A stretch of DNA of 64,000 nucleotides, taken from positions 10,685,231 through 10,749,230 of the forward strand of contig MU054187.1 in assembly GCA_013239625.1 (NCBI GenBank), given 5' to 3'. The notes below the pieces were generated by a model. That model did not search any database, was not told the origin of the DNA, and saw only the letters and a list, made by a program, of their open reading frames with translations. This DNA comes from Lama guanicoe. Taxonomy: Eukaryota. This document shows, piece after piece, positions 12,299 to 25,638 of the stretch (the first letter of the stretch is position 1; every line of letters begins with the position of its first letter). The position numbers and the translations under genes are program-made.

Positions 12299-13149
12299 GA
12301 AAGCTGTAGTTTAGTTTAGAAAGTGATTTCAGTTTTGGAGTCTCATTTAAGGCTCATAAAAGCTTCTGTTTGGAGATTAATGTCACCATGACGTAATCAG
12401 CTTTAAAGTGCTTTTATAAAAAAAAAAATCTAGAATCAGGGTGAATATATTCAAGTTGCATGGCAGTGAGAAATGCTATTCAAATAGTATCATCATTAAT
12501 ACAAGTGTATTTCACTGTGAACATTTCTGATACATGAATATCCTAATTTATCGAAAAATATACATTGAACTTAAGTAGTTCTTTCCAGAAAGTTGAACAG
12601 CATTTTTTTTAATTGTAAATATCCTTATGTGACTGTTTATATGTACTAGTATATCCGTACATCCATCAGGTGAGTTAGAACTCTCAACTGATAATGGTGA
12701 AGTTCGTCAACTACCTTAAGAAGGTGGCAGCAGGTAGCAGCAAGGACACAGGAGCCCTGACCCCGAGGCTCAGGTCCTCCACTGAGAAGTCACCTGGGGG
12801 TGCTTTGGGGTCCTGTTTTCTTGTACACTGAATTGAAGGGTGGGGTCAAATCAAATCGAAGATTCCTTTCCAGTTCTAAAAATGCATAGAAGGACGTGAT
12901 CAAATGTTCAGGATCCCAAATGAAAAGAGAAGATGAGGATATGCTTCCTAGAGAAAGTAGAACTGGAAATAGACATCGGAGGATTCATAATGGAAATCAA
13001 GCACGTTAGGTTTGCATTCCTGGTCCAGTCTGTCTAGAGGTGTGGGAGTTAGGGAATATGGAGACTTGGAGGGAACAGCAAGTCTCTAGTTTGTCTAGAG
13101 CAGGAAGAATATGTAGAGACAGGCTTGGACATGCAAGTCAGGACCACAC

Positions 13150-13300
13150 AGTTTATTTACTCAGCAAATATTGATTAAGAACTTACTATATGCCAGACAT
13201 TATCCTAAGCATAGTACACAATAGTGAGTACAGTGGACAGGGTTTCTTTAAGGGAGCTTATGGCCTTGCGGGGAAGAGAGATATTTAACAGCTATGATAG
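13150..13300. mobile_element. L2 3'-end fragment
   Basis: tttatttactcagcaaatattgattaagaacttactatatgccagacatt. Confidence 0.7.
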
Positions 13301-15679
13301 GAAAGCTTATGGAAAGAACATCTTCAAGTCTGGAGCTGGACAATCTTTGAAGATTCTGGATTAGAATTCAGAGTTGGCCTCCATTCTCAGCACGGAGCTG
13401 GAGCAGTCTGCGGTGAAAAGGTAGGAAGAGAAGGTAAAACTCCAGCGGCTTCCTGCTCACCCAGGCCGCTAGAACTCCTTCTGGCCATGGAAAGCCACAC
13501 ACACAGGAGCCAGACCCTGTCACTTTTGGCATGAATTCTTCACACATTTCCAAGTCTGCTCCCTCTGATTGCACGACCAGTGTGATTAAGTCAGCAGGAC
13601 AAGGGAGGTATGGACCACAAAGTCATGGCTGTGAGCACACTAAGAACTGAAGTCATGGGGTGTAAATCCTTTAAAGATTACACGCTGGACAAAAAAAGCC
13701 CGAAGTGAACATGTTTTACCCGACCTGCTCTCTGCTTTGAACAGCAATCTGAAGAGGTTGGGGGTGAACAGCCAGTGATGTGGGCCGTGTCCTGAATTAG
13801 ATGAAGACATATGCATGTGAGGTTTTCAGCATACAAATTAGCAGAGTCATCAAGACTTGTGTCCTGGAAGCATCCTTACGATGGGTTTTCCATTCAGCAT
13901 GAATCCTTCAGTGCTGCAAACCAAAAAAACGTCCCAACTGAATCCCACAGAAGAAAAGAGGGGGAAACCCAGACAAACCTAAATAAAAATTGACCTTTAA
14001 GACCTAATAAAGATGAATGTGCTGTATCAAGGCTAAATAATTAAGATGCAAATAGCAACCAAACGTTACCTTCTGGAGGACAATGGCATCGTGACGTTAG
14101 TAATACACATATCAGACTGGGAACCTAGGTCAGGTGTTCTTTGTGGGAAGTGATTTTGGTTTTTTTTTTTTTGGCTTTCATAATGCAAGATGAGTTTATA
14201 ATTCTGTTTCTCAATGGTAGCTTCTCTTTCTGACTCAGTCATTTAAGGCCATCTATTCGGGTACCAGTATTATCCACCCATATTTTAAGGAAAAGGTAGA
14301 TGGAAAAAGATGTAATGTAAAGCTCCAATATTTGATGTCAGAATAAAGTTAATTTTCCGTTTTGGAGGGCACGTCTGTAGCTTTTTAATTTCAATTCAAA
14401 TTCAAACTAGAGCTGTAGGAAGCTCATTTTTTCAACCAAGAATCAAAGGATGTAGAGCACTTTATGTTCTCTTTCTTTAAGCGGAACCTGAAAGAGAAAA
14501 GGTTCAAGGAAAGCCACTCAAGGGAGATGTCATTCGCCTGTGCCCCTCCACCTGTAAGTTAGCTGACACACACCCTCCTCCCCCGCCTTTAAGGTGGGTC
14601 TCACAAGAACAAACCAGATCTCAGTGAAGTGAAATTTAGTGAAGTGAAATGAAGGTCTATGTCAGAAAGTGTCCTCAGGCCCCAAATAGAATGGATATCT
14701 GCCTTCAAAAGTTTCTGTTTTAGCCAAAAACAAAAAACAAACAAACGAAAAACCATGGTTGCCAAACTTTTGATCTATCTAAAACGTTTCCATGGAAATA
14801 ATTTATATATCTACACACATAAATATGCTTTAGCTCATTTGGAAATTGGTTCTATGTTTAGCTTATATGCTTCCTTCCCCTTACTCTTAATCATTTTAAC
14901 CTAATCCTTCCAAATACATTTAAATCCCATTTCCTCTGCTCTAGTAATTAGTGAAAAAAAAGAGAATACTTTTTTTTCAATTTGCCAATGTTTCCTCCCC
15001 AGGCCATGCATCTTTTAGTCATCTGTTTTTTTATAACGTGAATGAAAACTCAAATGGGAAATTTAGCACACATAGAATTTTACCATGTAAACCTCAGTTT
15101 ATCTCTGATGCGTTATCCAGTGTCCATTTTTGTAATGTCAGTTAACGGGGGAACCTAATAATGAAAGTCATTTCTAGTTTCTGTCAGCGCTCAGCAAGGT
15201 TGATGCATTAAGGTTCGCTGAAGCTAGCATTTTGACCACAACATTCAAAGGTAGTTGATTCTTATCTACCATTTTGACACCAGACATAAAACTTTATATA
15301 ATACATCTTCCTTTCCCTACGGCCTCTTACAGTACTTTATTTTGAGGTTTTGGGGGATCTCAGGCTTGTGTTTTTCCAGCCCCAAAGCTGAGATGTGCAC
15401 TAGGATTGATGTGCTTTTTGGAGACAGTTCTTTTCTAAAGTCTGGTTTTTATCCAAGAATTATTTCCTCCGTGAAGCTGCAATCATGAAATACTTTTTCC
15501 AATAAAAATCCTTCAGTAATATATCAGGAGCTTTTACAACCGTTTATTACTACAGAAAGAGGCCATTTAAATCCAATAAAGCACCATCCTCATCTAACCT
15601 CCTTTATGAAGAGATGAGCTTAGCTGTTATAAAACATCTTTCTGAGTTTGGGCTTAAAAATAATTATGCCAACAAAGAT

Positions 15680-15900
15680 TTGGCATTGGGTAAAGAGCAT
15701 GGGTTTTGCATTTAGAAGGTTTGAATCTTTGCTCTTTTCTTTGCCAAGCTGCCTGATCTTGGGAAAATTAACTCTTACCTTCCCTCAACTGAGAAGTGGA
15801 GGAATATTGAGCTTCCAATGGTGCCTGTGAGGAATAAATGTCACAATGTAAATAAAATAGCCGGTCCAGTAGCACTGCAAGCATTCCACAGATGATAGCT
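15680..15900 (+). mobile_element. MIR SINE
   Basis: gtaaagagcatgggttttg...tgatcttgggaaaatta...gtgaggaataaatg. Confidence 0.65.
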
Positions 15901-18250
15901 CTTTATATCAGCAGAGCTATGTTGGCTTGCAGTTATGTTAGTCGGTGGAGTGATTTTCTGTCAATCGAGTTATGTTACTTTGCAGTTGCAACCTTTCCTT
16001 TTTTTTAGTTTCATTTATTAAAATAGCCAATGTAGTAAGAACTTTAGAAATGAAAATAGGCTAGGAAAGCTTACTTTCTGAATTCATGAAAAATTCGAAG
16101 GATAGAGTATTTACGAAATTATTTATTTTATTCCCGATTATATGTAATTATATTATAATTACATAGTATTATACACACATACATATGTTATATATATATA
16201 ATATTAATAAAATTATGTTTTATTATATATTTACAAATATACATTATATGTTTTATTTAGCTTACAGCAATATACTAATATGTAATTAATTTCCAAGTAG
16301 TTTCTCATGAATCAAATGATGTCAGTTAGTTAAAATTTGCAGTGATATTGTGGTGACCCTGATGAGTACCAGGTGGTGAATATGCCCTATGCAAATCTAT
16401 CAAATGCCATGAGTGTAGAAATCTAGACAAAATAATCAACAGAAATACATGTAATATTATTTGGGGTGCCTGGAAGGTTAGAAATAGCTTTCTGTTCAGC
16501 TTTGTCTACATTCCTGTTTCCTGTCCTTATTGTAACGGGCTCTGATCCCCACAACTGAGACCCTCAGCTCTGCAGTTTCTAACTGATTTCAGCAGGACCT
16601 GTTTAAGACACCACATGGAGCCTTTGCCGATTTCTGATGCTGTGAGCAGAGCAGGATCTTGGTTTAATTTTCTTATTGTTGCCATCTCCACCTTTCCACC
16701 CCACCCCACCCCCAACCTCTCCGTGGCTGTGTACTGAAGCATAGTCACTTCTATTCTCTTTCTGTAGACTTTGCCCCAATTAAACCTTCAAAAATTTCTC
16801 TGCCCACGAACTCCATTCCTACTTTCTTCTAATCTACATAACCTTTTACCACACTTAGTTGTAACCATTTCCCCACTTCGTTTATAATAATTTATCGAAC
16901 ACCATTTGGTTTTGGACTTGGAGTATGACTAAAATCAATGGAAAACATTTTCTGCTTCTTAGGGAAGTGGAATGTAAGTTCCAGGTTCCATAAAAGTAGT
17001 CTGGGGAACTGGCTGTCCCCAGGAAAGGCAGAGATGTGGGAGACTCGAGGCAGGTGCCTGCAGGCCTACGGGCACTTCCATGGATGGTTATGTTGCCGGC
17101 AGGTGGTGTCTTGATAGACGTTCACTGTGGTGTTGACAATGTTGTGGGCACTGAACCGCTGGAAAGTTTTCATTCCCCTTGTGTCTGAAGTGACAAGACA
17201 ATATTTTCTGTGTCTCAGAACAGTGCTTCAGATCCCCCGAGACTCATTCAAGACTGCAGCTTTGGCCATTTTAGATTCCCACTCTTACGAAGTGGGACTA
17301 CAGGGTTCAAGAGAACGCTCTGTCTGTCTACCTTCTATCCATCACTATTCATTTATTTACTTTGGGTAGCCATCCCTAGTTCTGTCTGTTTTTATTAGAA
17401 CTTCTGAACTATGGGATATTTTATGTTTCCTGGCTGAATAGATAAATGAGAACAAATAAATAAATACACAAATCAAGACTTCATTAGTAGTCATTGGTGT
17501 GGGTTGAACTGCGATTACTCTTGGACACGAGCAAATAGCCACCTGTCTTGAACAAGCCACACCAAGTTCTGCTCCAGCAGAAACTAGCTAGGGAAGCCTC
17601 AACAGGCAAGCTATGGCTTAAAAATCAACTTAGAGTGGCTTCCTTTGTTCCTTCCCAAGGACAGTGGTTTGAAGGAGGGCTTGGGTGACAGAGCCCAGGT
17701 TCTTTTCATTTAAACAATTTTGCAGATATTATTTTACATAAAATTTCTGTTTCTTAGGGTACTTTAACATTTTTTCAGCAGCAGCACAGTGAGGTATTGT
17801 TTATTTGTGACTTCTGGCGCCTCAGAGCAGAGTGAAGAGAGGACCAGCAGTTGCACATCAGCCCCATTGTCTGTGGCTGGGATAGTTTTATTGTTTATTT
17901 TGGGACATGTAGGCCAAGCTGTTCCATAGACGTCCCTGAATTTTCTTCCCGTTCATCTTCATGTACTGTTCTGTTCCTGCATCTGCATTCTGTCGTTGCT
18001 TTGTACACAGGTCACCTAGAGCATTCATCACATCATCTCTCAGTTATCTGTTTATACAGAAAGGCCAAACTGCTGCCTCATGCAGCATGGAAATAATAAA
18101 TGGGCGAATTCTCCATCCTTGATTACAGTATGGAAAATAATGACAGCAAAAAATATTTTTCTACAGGGTTCAAGGCTGATCATTGGGGACTGTCCATTCA
18201 GATTAACTATAGAAGGATGCTGTGTAATTCATTATCATGATATATATGAC

Positions 18251-18783
18251 TGTTGGGAAGGAAAATTTTCCATCTTTCTAGGTTCTTCTGACTGGTCTAA
18301 GAATTAAATTGACATGAGATGCATTAACAGGAGAAAATCAAATGAGAATTTAATAACATACACACATGGGAAACACCCAGGAAAACTGGGTAACTTGCTG
18401 AAGTGGTTGAAGCCCTCACCTTAAATACCATCTTCAGCTAAAGACAAAAGACAGTGTTGGTTGTAGTGGATTGGGATTTCACAGGCGAGGAAGGCAATTG
18501 AAATGGGGATGGAAAGCAAATGTTTGGTAAACAGATGTTTGTGGGACCGTGCAGAGACAGTGGGAAAAAGCTGACTCTGAACTCTAGGCCCCGCCACACC
18601 CAGCCCATATTCACTGTAGATGTCTCTGGTGATAGCTCTATTCCAGGAACAGGCCCTTTATCTAAATTCTTTCAGGCAGTTAAGGAGGAGGTAACATGAC
18701 AATCTTCCTGAGTCTTCTGTTTCTTAAAAATAATCAGCCTAAATTAATCCTCATCCAAGAGACACAAATTCTGCTCCCCTACA
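18251..18783 (-). mobile_element. ERV1 solo LTR (MER34/MER39-like)
   Basis: TG...CA ends; minus strand begins tgtaggggagcagaat...; similar opening to 20131-20664. Confidence 0.7.
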
Positions 18784-20130
18784 ACTTCAAGGGCATTTCT
18801 ATCCATTTTGCAAAGCAAAGCACAGCATGCAATAGGAATTGATGTCTTACCTATAATACAGATTGAGATTTATCAAAGAATCTCTGTCATAAATAACAGT
18901 AATTTCATCTGCTGAACACTAGAGTTAGTTGAAAGAGCTAAATCCAAATCTCAGTCCTTATATTTTGTAGCTTTGTAAATGTGGGTGAGTGTTTGAGTCT
19001 TTATTCTTCCACCTTTAGAAGGAGCCGGCAAATCATTCTGTGAGGTCCCGAAAAACAACTTCATAGAGATAAACTATAAACAGAATCAGAAATGAGTGCA
19101 CTTAGTTCAGCGCTGAGAAGTGGACACAGGACAAATGGAAATAGCTCTGTAGAGAGGCACAAATCAAAAAGAGAGTCTCTAAGTACAAATGCCACAGATC
19201 AGACAACAGTCTTACATACAAATGGTGCTTTATCTGTTCTCTTGACTTTCTGTTGACTGTCAGTAGTCATTTTCAAACACAAAAGAAGCAATATTCTTAA
19301 ACGCTTTAGAGTGGAGTGGTTCATATTTTTTATGACCAGAAGCCTAGGTCAACTTTTGGTATTAAGCCCAAGTTTAACTAATTGTTGGTCAAGGTGTTCA
19401 GTGTCACACATAGAATATGTGACAGGCAGATATTTTGTAATATGTTCTCTTAGTTATTGCTTCATGTGAAGCATATCTGAAGCTCATTTAAGAGAATTTC
19501 TCACTTGAATTGGGGAATGGAAAGCTTTTAGAAAACAGAATATTATTATTCCCTCCAACCAACACAAAAATCCACGTAACTGTGATAATTTAACTAATAT
19601 ATGACATGTGGGTACATTCTACCAACTTATATTTACAAGCTATGAAATTTTTAATGTCTTTAACTGAAGAGTTTTAAAATGCAATTGGGACTGAAATGTT
19701 TTCTGACATATAATCCAATTATCTTTTATTGTTTATACAACAAATAATGGGAAACTAAATGTAAACCCAGATAATGTTTTTATCTCTATGAAAGCATACA
19801 TTTCTTCTTATTAAGCAGCTACAAAATCTTTTTATAAGTTCAGTGATGTGGCTGTTATAAAAGTAGGGTGAATAAACTGCTCATTCTTTTGTGTTTTTTG
19901 TGAGGCAGTTTCATTAAGAACAGTTAAGCTGTGTTGTGTGAAGCTGTGATCAGAAATGTTTCTCATTTTAATTGTAAAATGTCTGAACAGCAGAGTATCT
20001 GAGAGAATGGCATCTATGTTAGTTAGAAGCCTGAGTTTCCACTCCTATATTTTTAGCCAAAATATTTTCCTTGTGTCTTAATTTAACTTTGCATCTTTAA
20101 CTTGTTATTTACTGGTATTTTTGTGTTGGG

Positions 20131-20664
20131 TGTCAGGGAAGGGGGAATTTCCCCCTTCACCCCTCTTGAGTTCTGTGGCTGGACTAATAATAAGATTGAT
20201 ACAAGACAGAGTAACAGGTGAAAAAGAAACAAATCTACTTCATGTGTAAGGAGGTCTCATAGAAATGGGACCCAAGAAGTGGCCAAAGCAGATGGCTTTT
20301 CTACTTTTTAGACCAACAATTAATTTGACAAGAATTGACAGCAGAAAGAAACTTAGGTTTGCATAGTTAGTTAGTAAGAAATTTAAGCAAGGTTTGGGCT
20401 TGGATAGTAAATTAAGAAAGAAGTAATAAGGTTTGTTTCTATAGGCTTCTGGCCCCTGAATTCCCTGTCTGGTGATAAGGATGTCTGTCTACCTCCTGAT
20501 GCAGGGAAGGTCCCTTTATAGGGGAGATTTATTTCCTGCTTTCAGGGACACAGAGGAAGGTCAAAGTGTCCTTCTTACATTGGCTCTTTGTTATATAACT
20601 TTAATTCAAAATAATCAGTACACCATTGAGGCATATTTTCATGCAGCCTGCCCTGAGCCCCAGC
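20131..20664 (-). mobile_element. ERV1 solo LTR (MER31/MER89/MER90-like)
   Basis: Minus strand begins tgctggggctcagggcaggctgc...aaaatatgcc...tgattattttgaattaaag, typical of this LTR group. Confidence 0.7.
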
Positions 20665-20849
20665 ATGGGCTTATTATCAGAGACTTTAGTTCTGGAAATT
20701 TGTGAGCAGCAGGTTCAAACTGACCTTCAAGGTTAAGTGGAAATCTTCTATTTTTTTTTCTAGTAAACTCTTTCTTTCATTCCTCAGAGCTGTCTTTCCA
20801 GAACATTACCTTTTCCTCAAGTTCTCTTTCTCACTCATTCTTGTGCCAA

Positions 20850-21290
20850 TACTATGATGTTTACTTTAAACCCATCTGAGTCTTTAAAGTGTGTATGTAA
20901 AGTATGGAAGTGGATCTTGTTGGGTTTTTTTTCCTAACCGAGTATAGTAATTTTTGTCTTTTGAGTGTTTAATCTATTTCCGTTTAAATGAATTACTGAT
21001 ACGGTTGGTTTAATTCTATTTTCTTGCTATTTGCTTTCTACTTGTCCCATCTGTTCTTTGTTTGATGTTATTTCTCCTTTCATAACTTCTTTTGGATTAA
21101 TTAAATATTTTTTATTGTTGCATCTTTTCTCCTCTATTAAGTTCTGGTTTTAATTTTTTGTGCTTTTGGTAGTTGAATATACATTTCAAAATGTCAAAAT
21201 GCATCCTTATTACACTTAAGTGAATACTTGTACCAGTTTCTGAATGATGCAAGAACCTTCCATGAGCTTATCTCCATTTGACTTTTTCCC
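20850..21290 (-). mobile_element. Old L1 fragment
   Basis: T-rich antisense L1 (ggatcttgttgggttttttt, ttgctatttgctttctacttgtcccatctgttc). Confidence 0.65.
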
Positions 21291-21793
21291 ACCAAACTGG
21301 GACACCTTTGAGCATGAAAAAGTATGCTGTTAATAGTCATGTTGAATCAGCATAAACTGGGAATTTGTTGGGGAAGTTCAGGACATAGGGAGATCCTGTG
21401 GACCCTGAACAAAAAAACAGAGTCACTTATACCAAAGGGATCTAAAGTGGAGCCAGAGGTCATGAAGGAAGTAGAACTTAAGACACATCCACACCTGGAT
21501 GCAACATAAACTTCTGACTTGGCCAACCAATCAGGCCACCTGGAGCTCATTTTCTTCACTCTCTGGAAGCTGCATCTTAACAACCAATCAGCTGCCAACA
21601 AGTAACTGAATGCCTTCCAGCGCCAACTGCAGTTCTGCAAAACAACCTGTGTAACTTCTCTGGAATGTCTCTGTTGTCTTTATAAACCTCTGCCATTTTT
21701 ACTTCCCTTGGAACACATTTGAGTTGCTACTCAAATCTGTGCTTCCTGAATTGCAATTCCTAAAACCCCAAATAAACTCTTCTTATTTGCAGC

Positions 21794-22272
21794 TGTACGG
21801 TCAGGCCACCCAAGATGGCTGTTCTCTTGCTGTCTGGATATGCCCTGCTCGACCAGTGCCTGCTGCACCTACACCCGCTCACATGCCTGCCCATCCCACA
21901 TACTAGCCCCCAGAACCTGCCTAGTGATTGTTCTAACCTTTAGATCAGAACATCTACACCAGGATAGCTTACCAAAGGGGCGGCGAGGGGCATGCCCCTC
22001 TGCTGGTTTCCCTGGTAACCAGTGAGCCCACCTGATGTCAATTCCCCCGTAACTGGTAGCTTCCTCCTCCCCCAAGTAGCGAAGACTGCCACCAAGTCCT
22101 GCCCACTGTCTGCTGCACACGATGGGGTGTCGCTCCAGGACTTTGCTTCAGACATGGCAGATTCCTCTGTCCCTTACACCATTGGTATCTCTGTCACCGA
22201 TGCTGGTCCCTTTCTTCAGTCTCGAGGCCAGGCAGGTACCGGGCTTGTTGGCCTGCAGGGTGCAGCCCCACA
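21794..22272 (+). mobile_element. ERVL-type solo LTR (MER54/MER73/MER74-like) nested in the proviral 5' LTR
   Basis: TG...CA ends with a perfect 5-bp TSD GCAGC (21789-21793, 22273-22277). Confidence 0.85.
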
Positions 22273-22290
22273 GCAGCCTTCTGCGTCTCC

Positions 22291-22308
22291 TGGTATCAGA
22301 AGTGGGAC
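22291..22308 (+). other. Primer-binding site, tRNA-Leu(CAA)-like
   Basis: TGGTATCAGAAGTGGGAC matches TGGTGTCAGAAGTGGGAT (recalled complement of the tRNA-Leu-CAA 3' end) at 16/18 and lies right after the LTR end. Confidence 0.75.
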
Positions 22309-24719
22309 TTGTCCGGCCCCCTCCCCCGGCATCGCCATGGTTTCGAGGAAGGAAATGACCAGAGTCCACTGTGCTCCATTGTCTCCTCGGTGGTCCCAGA
22401 TCACCGTGGCGAGTCTTCCTGTACCCAAGCCTCCCACCTTGACAGAGGTTCTAGTTTATTTGGGTGCCCTCAGCTGCAGGCTTCTGTTCGTGGGACTTCG
22501 TTTCATGTTGGGTCTTGGTGAGTAAGTTACCCCTGGAATAATGGGGAGTTTGTTTTAAGGGTGAAGCTGCAGAGCAGCCGCCTTCTGGTACTCTTGCTGG
22601 TTTTATGCACAAGAACTGTGGTCCCTCAGCCTGCAGGTATTTCTCTCACTGGACCATGATTGCCGGGGATAACTTACAATTAAACTGGCTGGCTTGGGGC
22701 TCCTTTGAAATTCCTAAGTTAGTCTGTCTGGGCAGTCAATTAAAAAAAAGGATGTAAGACAAAGTGGTCTAAATGGGAAGCGTATTTCAACTGGCATTTT
22801 GAGACCTCAAGCTGAGTTAGCGATTCCCAAATTGCATCCCTCCAGGATACTAACTCCGAATTATCTAAAGCTAATTCTGAATTGTCTCAGAGACTGACTA
22901 AACTGAAAGAAACTACTAAATGTTCCCCTGATGTTCCTCTGTCTCTGTTTTCTACTTTGCTGGTGCTGCACCTGCTCCACTTTCTCCCCATCTCTGTCCA
23001 CCTCTCAAATTTCCTCTTATAATGCTGTGATTGAGCCTCGCAAAAGACTCGCCATACTGCCTCCCGCTGTGATGACAGCCCGTTTGAAAACCAGGTGTGA
23101 GATGTAGTTGGACAGATGGATCCACCCATGATGTCATTTACGTTACAGCTTACCGATCTTTGCAGAATGTTGGGAGTGCAGCTTGAGAGACAGTTCAGGT
23201 TCCTTCTCATTGATCCCTGCATCTCCCTATTTATTTTAAAAGACATGTAACCTCTTCGGGAGCTCTTAACTAGCCCATCTTCAATTCCTAAGACTGAAAA
23301 ATAAAAGAGGAAAAGAGACCTTTTTTAAACACAAACTGCTAAAAGGACTGTCCTTCCCAAACAGCCTCCTTAAAATTGCTTGTCAAGGGCAAATAAGCAT
23401 CTTAAAAGCCTTCTCCACGAGTAATAAAAGACTTTAGACTCTGAGTCATTTATTCCAATAGTTTTTTTTAAAACTAGTGAGTTTTGTATTGTACCTGATT
23501 CATGGCCAAAGTTTTAAAATGAAGACTATGGTATTTCTGTGTCTATCTGTATGTGTGTGTGTGTATGCTTGTCTATATATGCATGTTATAGACGTGGTGT
23601 TTTTCTGCCTTCGGATAGTGTTGCCAAAATTAATTTGTAAAAGAGTTCTATTTAATTGACTTAAACAAATAAGCACCTGTATAAAATTCTCAGAAATAGA
23701 AACTAACCCAAGTATTTTTCAAGTTCACATGATCAAGGATTAATATTTGGTAAATGAAAGTTAGTTTAAGTTCGTTGGTTTAAGTAATACAGACATCTTT
23801 AGAATGAACATTAAGTATAATACTTTTATGGTACCTAGGATTACTACAGAGTTTTCCAGCAAGAAAAATAATTCGGTGAGTTGGCGTTTTCATAAGTAAT
23901 TAAATGTAAATGGGATAAGAATTTTTAGCTGAACTTTTAAAAATAATGATGTTTTATGGTATGTCTACTTAAAAATAGGTTCCCCAGATCTTTTTAGTAA
24001 CTTGAAACTTTAGAGTTTCTCCTAGTTAAGTTAAATAATGGGAAATCATTGAATGTCTAGATTATTTCCGAGTAAGATAAAATACTGAGACATTTTTAAA
24101 CAAGTCTAAGTTTTGCACCACATTGATTAAAAAAAAGCTGGTATAACGAAGTTCACAGTTGCTTATTTCTTAGTTTTCACTAAAAATTAAGGTTTCTGAG
24201 GGTTAAGAATTCTAATTAACATATGTAATTAAAACTACTAAAATTAATAAGGAAAACATCTTCATATGCAAGGATAATTTTTTTAAAAGGTATAAGGAAT
24301 GGAAGGTACAGTTTGTTAAGGAAAAAGAAAGTGTTTTTATCCTAAAACTAGTCATTTCTAAATGGGAAAGAAAAGGGACAAATAAAATGGGCATAGAAAG
24401 TTGTAAAAGGTTTGTGGAAAAAGGGATCTTTAGAAAGGAATTTTATGTGTGGTCAGGACTGGCTAAAATGGGAATACATTTAATTAAGTAAATAAGTTTC
24501 AACTTCTCTGGAATGTCTTTGTTGTCTTTATAACCTCCACCATTTTCACTTCCCTGGAGGCCCATTTGAGTTGCTGCTCAAATATTCGTCCTAAACTGCA
24601 ATTCCTAAGACCCCAGAAAAACCCTTTTCTTATTTGCAGCTTTCTGTGTTTCCATTTATGTAACCCTCCTCTTTCTAGAACAAACCTTTTAGAATAGCCA
24701 ATGTACCAAACAAAGACGG

Positions 24720-24990
24720 CACAGAGTAATGGTTAGGGAGACAGGCTGCGGGGTAGAGAGTGATGTCACAGATCACGAAGCCCAGTCCTTGATCTGCCAC
24801 TTTCTAACTGGATAATTTTGGGAAAAATTTTTCCACTGGGCTGCCTCAGTCTCATCACCTGTCAAACAGATTAAAATGTAATCAAATGAGGTCAAACGCA
24901 TGTGGATATTATGAGGACTTTTAAGAAATGCTGAGGGCACAAGACACTGCCTGGAATATAGCAGTTAATTAGCAAAGGGTAGCAATACGT
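24720..24990 (+). mobile_element. MIR SINE
   Basis: tctgccactttctaactgg...gcctcagtctcatcacctgtcaaa. Confidence 0.65.
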
Positions 24991-25638
24991 TTTCCCATAA
25001 TGTTTTCATAAACATCTCCTTGCCTTCACTGAGGTTTACACTTTGCCTTTTTGTGATTCCCTTGACGTTCACAGATTGGGAGACATTGTCTTGCCAGCCT
25101 GGCAGGAATGGCCTTCAGTCTGTTCCTGCAACTAATCTTTCTTAATGTGCATTGAGCGTCTTAACCTTCTACTTGCAAATCTTTTACAGACTGGCTGCCA
25201 CCCAAGAATGAAGTCCAAACTCAGTGTGACAAAAAATTTCCAAGTCCTTCTCTGCCTCTCCCTCTATTCCAACAAACTCAACTATTGCTTCTCTCTGTTC
25301 AATAAATCATTCTTTTGAGCCTTTGCTCAGGCTGCCTAGAGAACACTTACTTTCTTCATGACCCTTCTCATCTTCATTATTTGAGTTTCTCTGGTCTTTC
25401 ACAATTGAGTTGTTTTCCCTTTTCTCTGCTCCAGTGTAACCTAGTATATGTAGGCAGCTCAGAAAACAAGATAAATGAATGTTTGAGAGTTAAACTAATG
25501 ACTGAGATCAACACGCCAAAGACACTTTGGAGATCACATTTCCAGTATCATGAAGAACTGCAACAGTGGTTCTCATCCTCAGGGAGACATCTAAAAACAT
25601 TTGTAGGATGTATTTTGTTACAATAGTGATTGAACATA

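Larger units (their letters stand above)
21340..24660 (+). mobile_element. Degenerate ERV provirus: 5' LTR (~21340-21793 plus 22278-22290), PBS, leader and gag-like remnant, AT-rich internal region, truncated 3' LTR (~24500-24660)
   Basis: 21653-21793 is repeated with substitutions at 24501-24640. PBS follows at 22291, a splice-donor-like ggtgagt at ~22517, and a MA-like W..GSFEIPKL at ~22690-22720. 5' boundary uncertain. Confidence 0.75.

Noticed and set aside
16141..16165. 12-bp perfect inverted repeat (tatgtaattata-t-tataattacata)
   Set aside because: Lies in AT-rich low-complexity DNA where such palindromes are common.
22022..22525. 167-aa ORF and overlapping ORFs
   Set aside because: They span an LTR, the PBS and leader; GC-rich chance ORFs.
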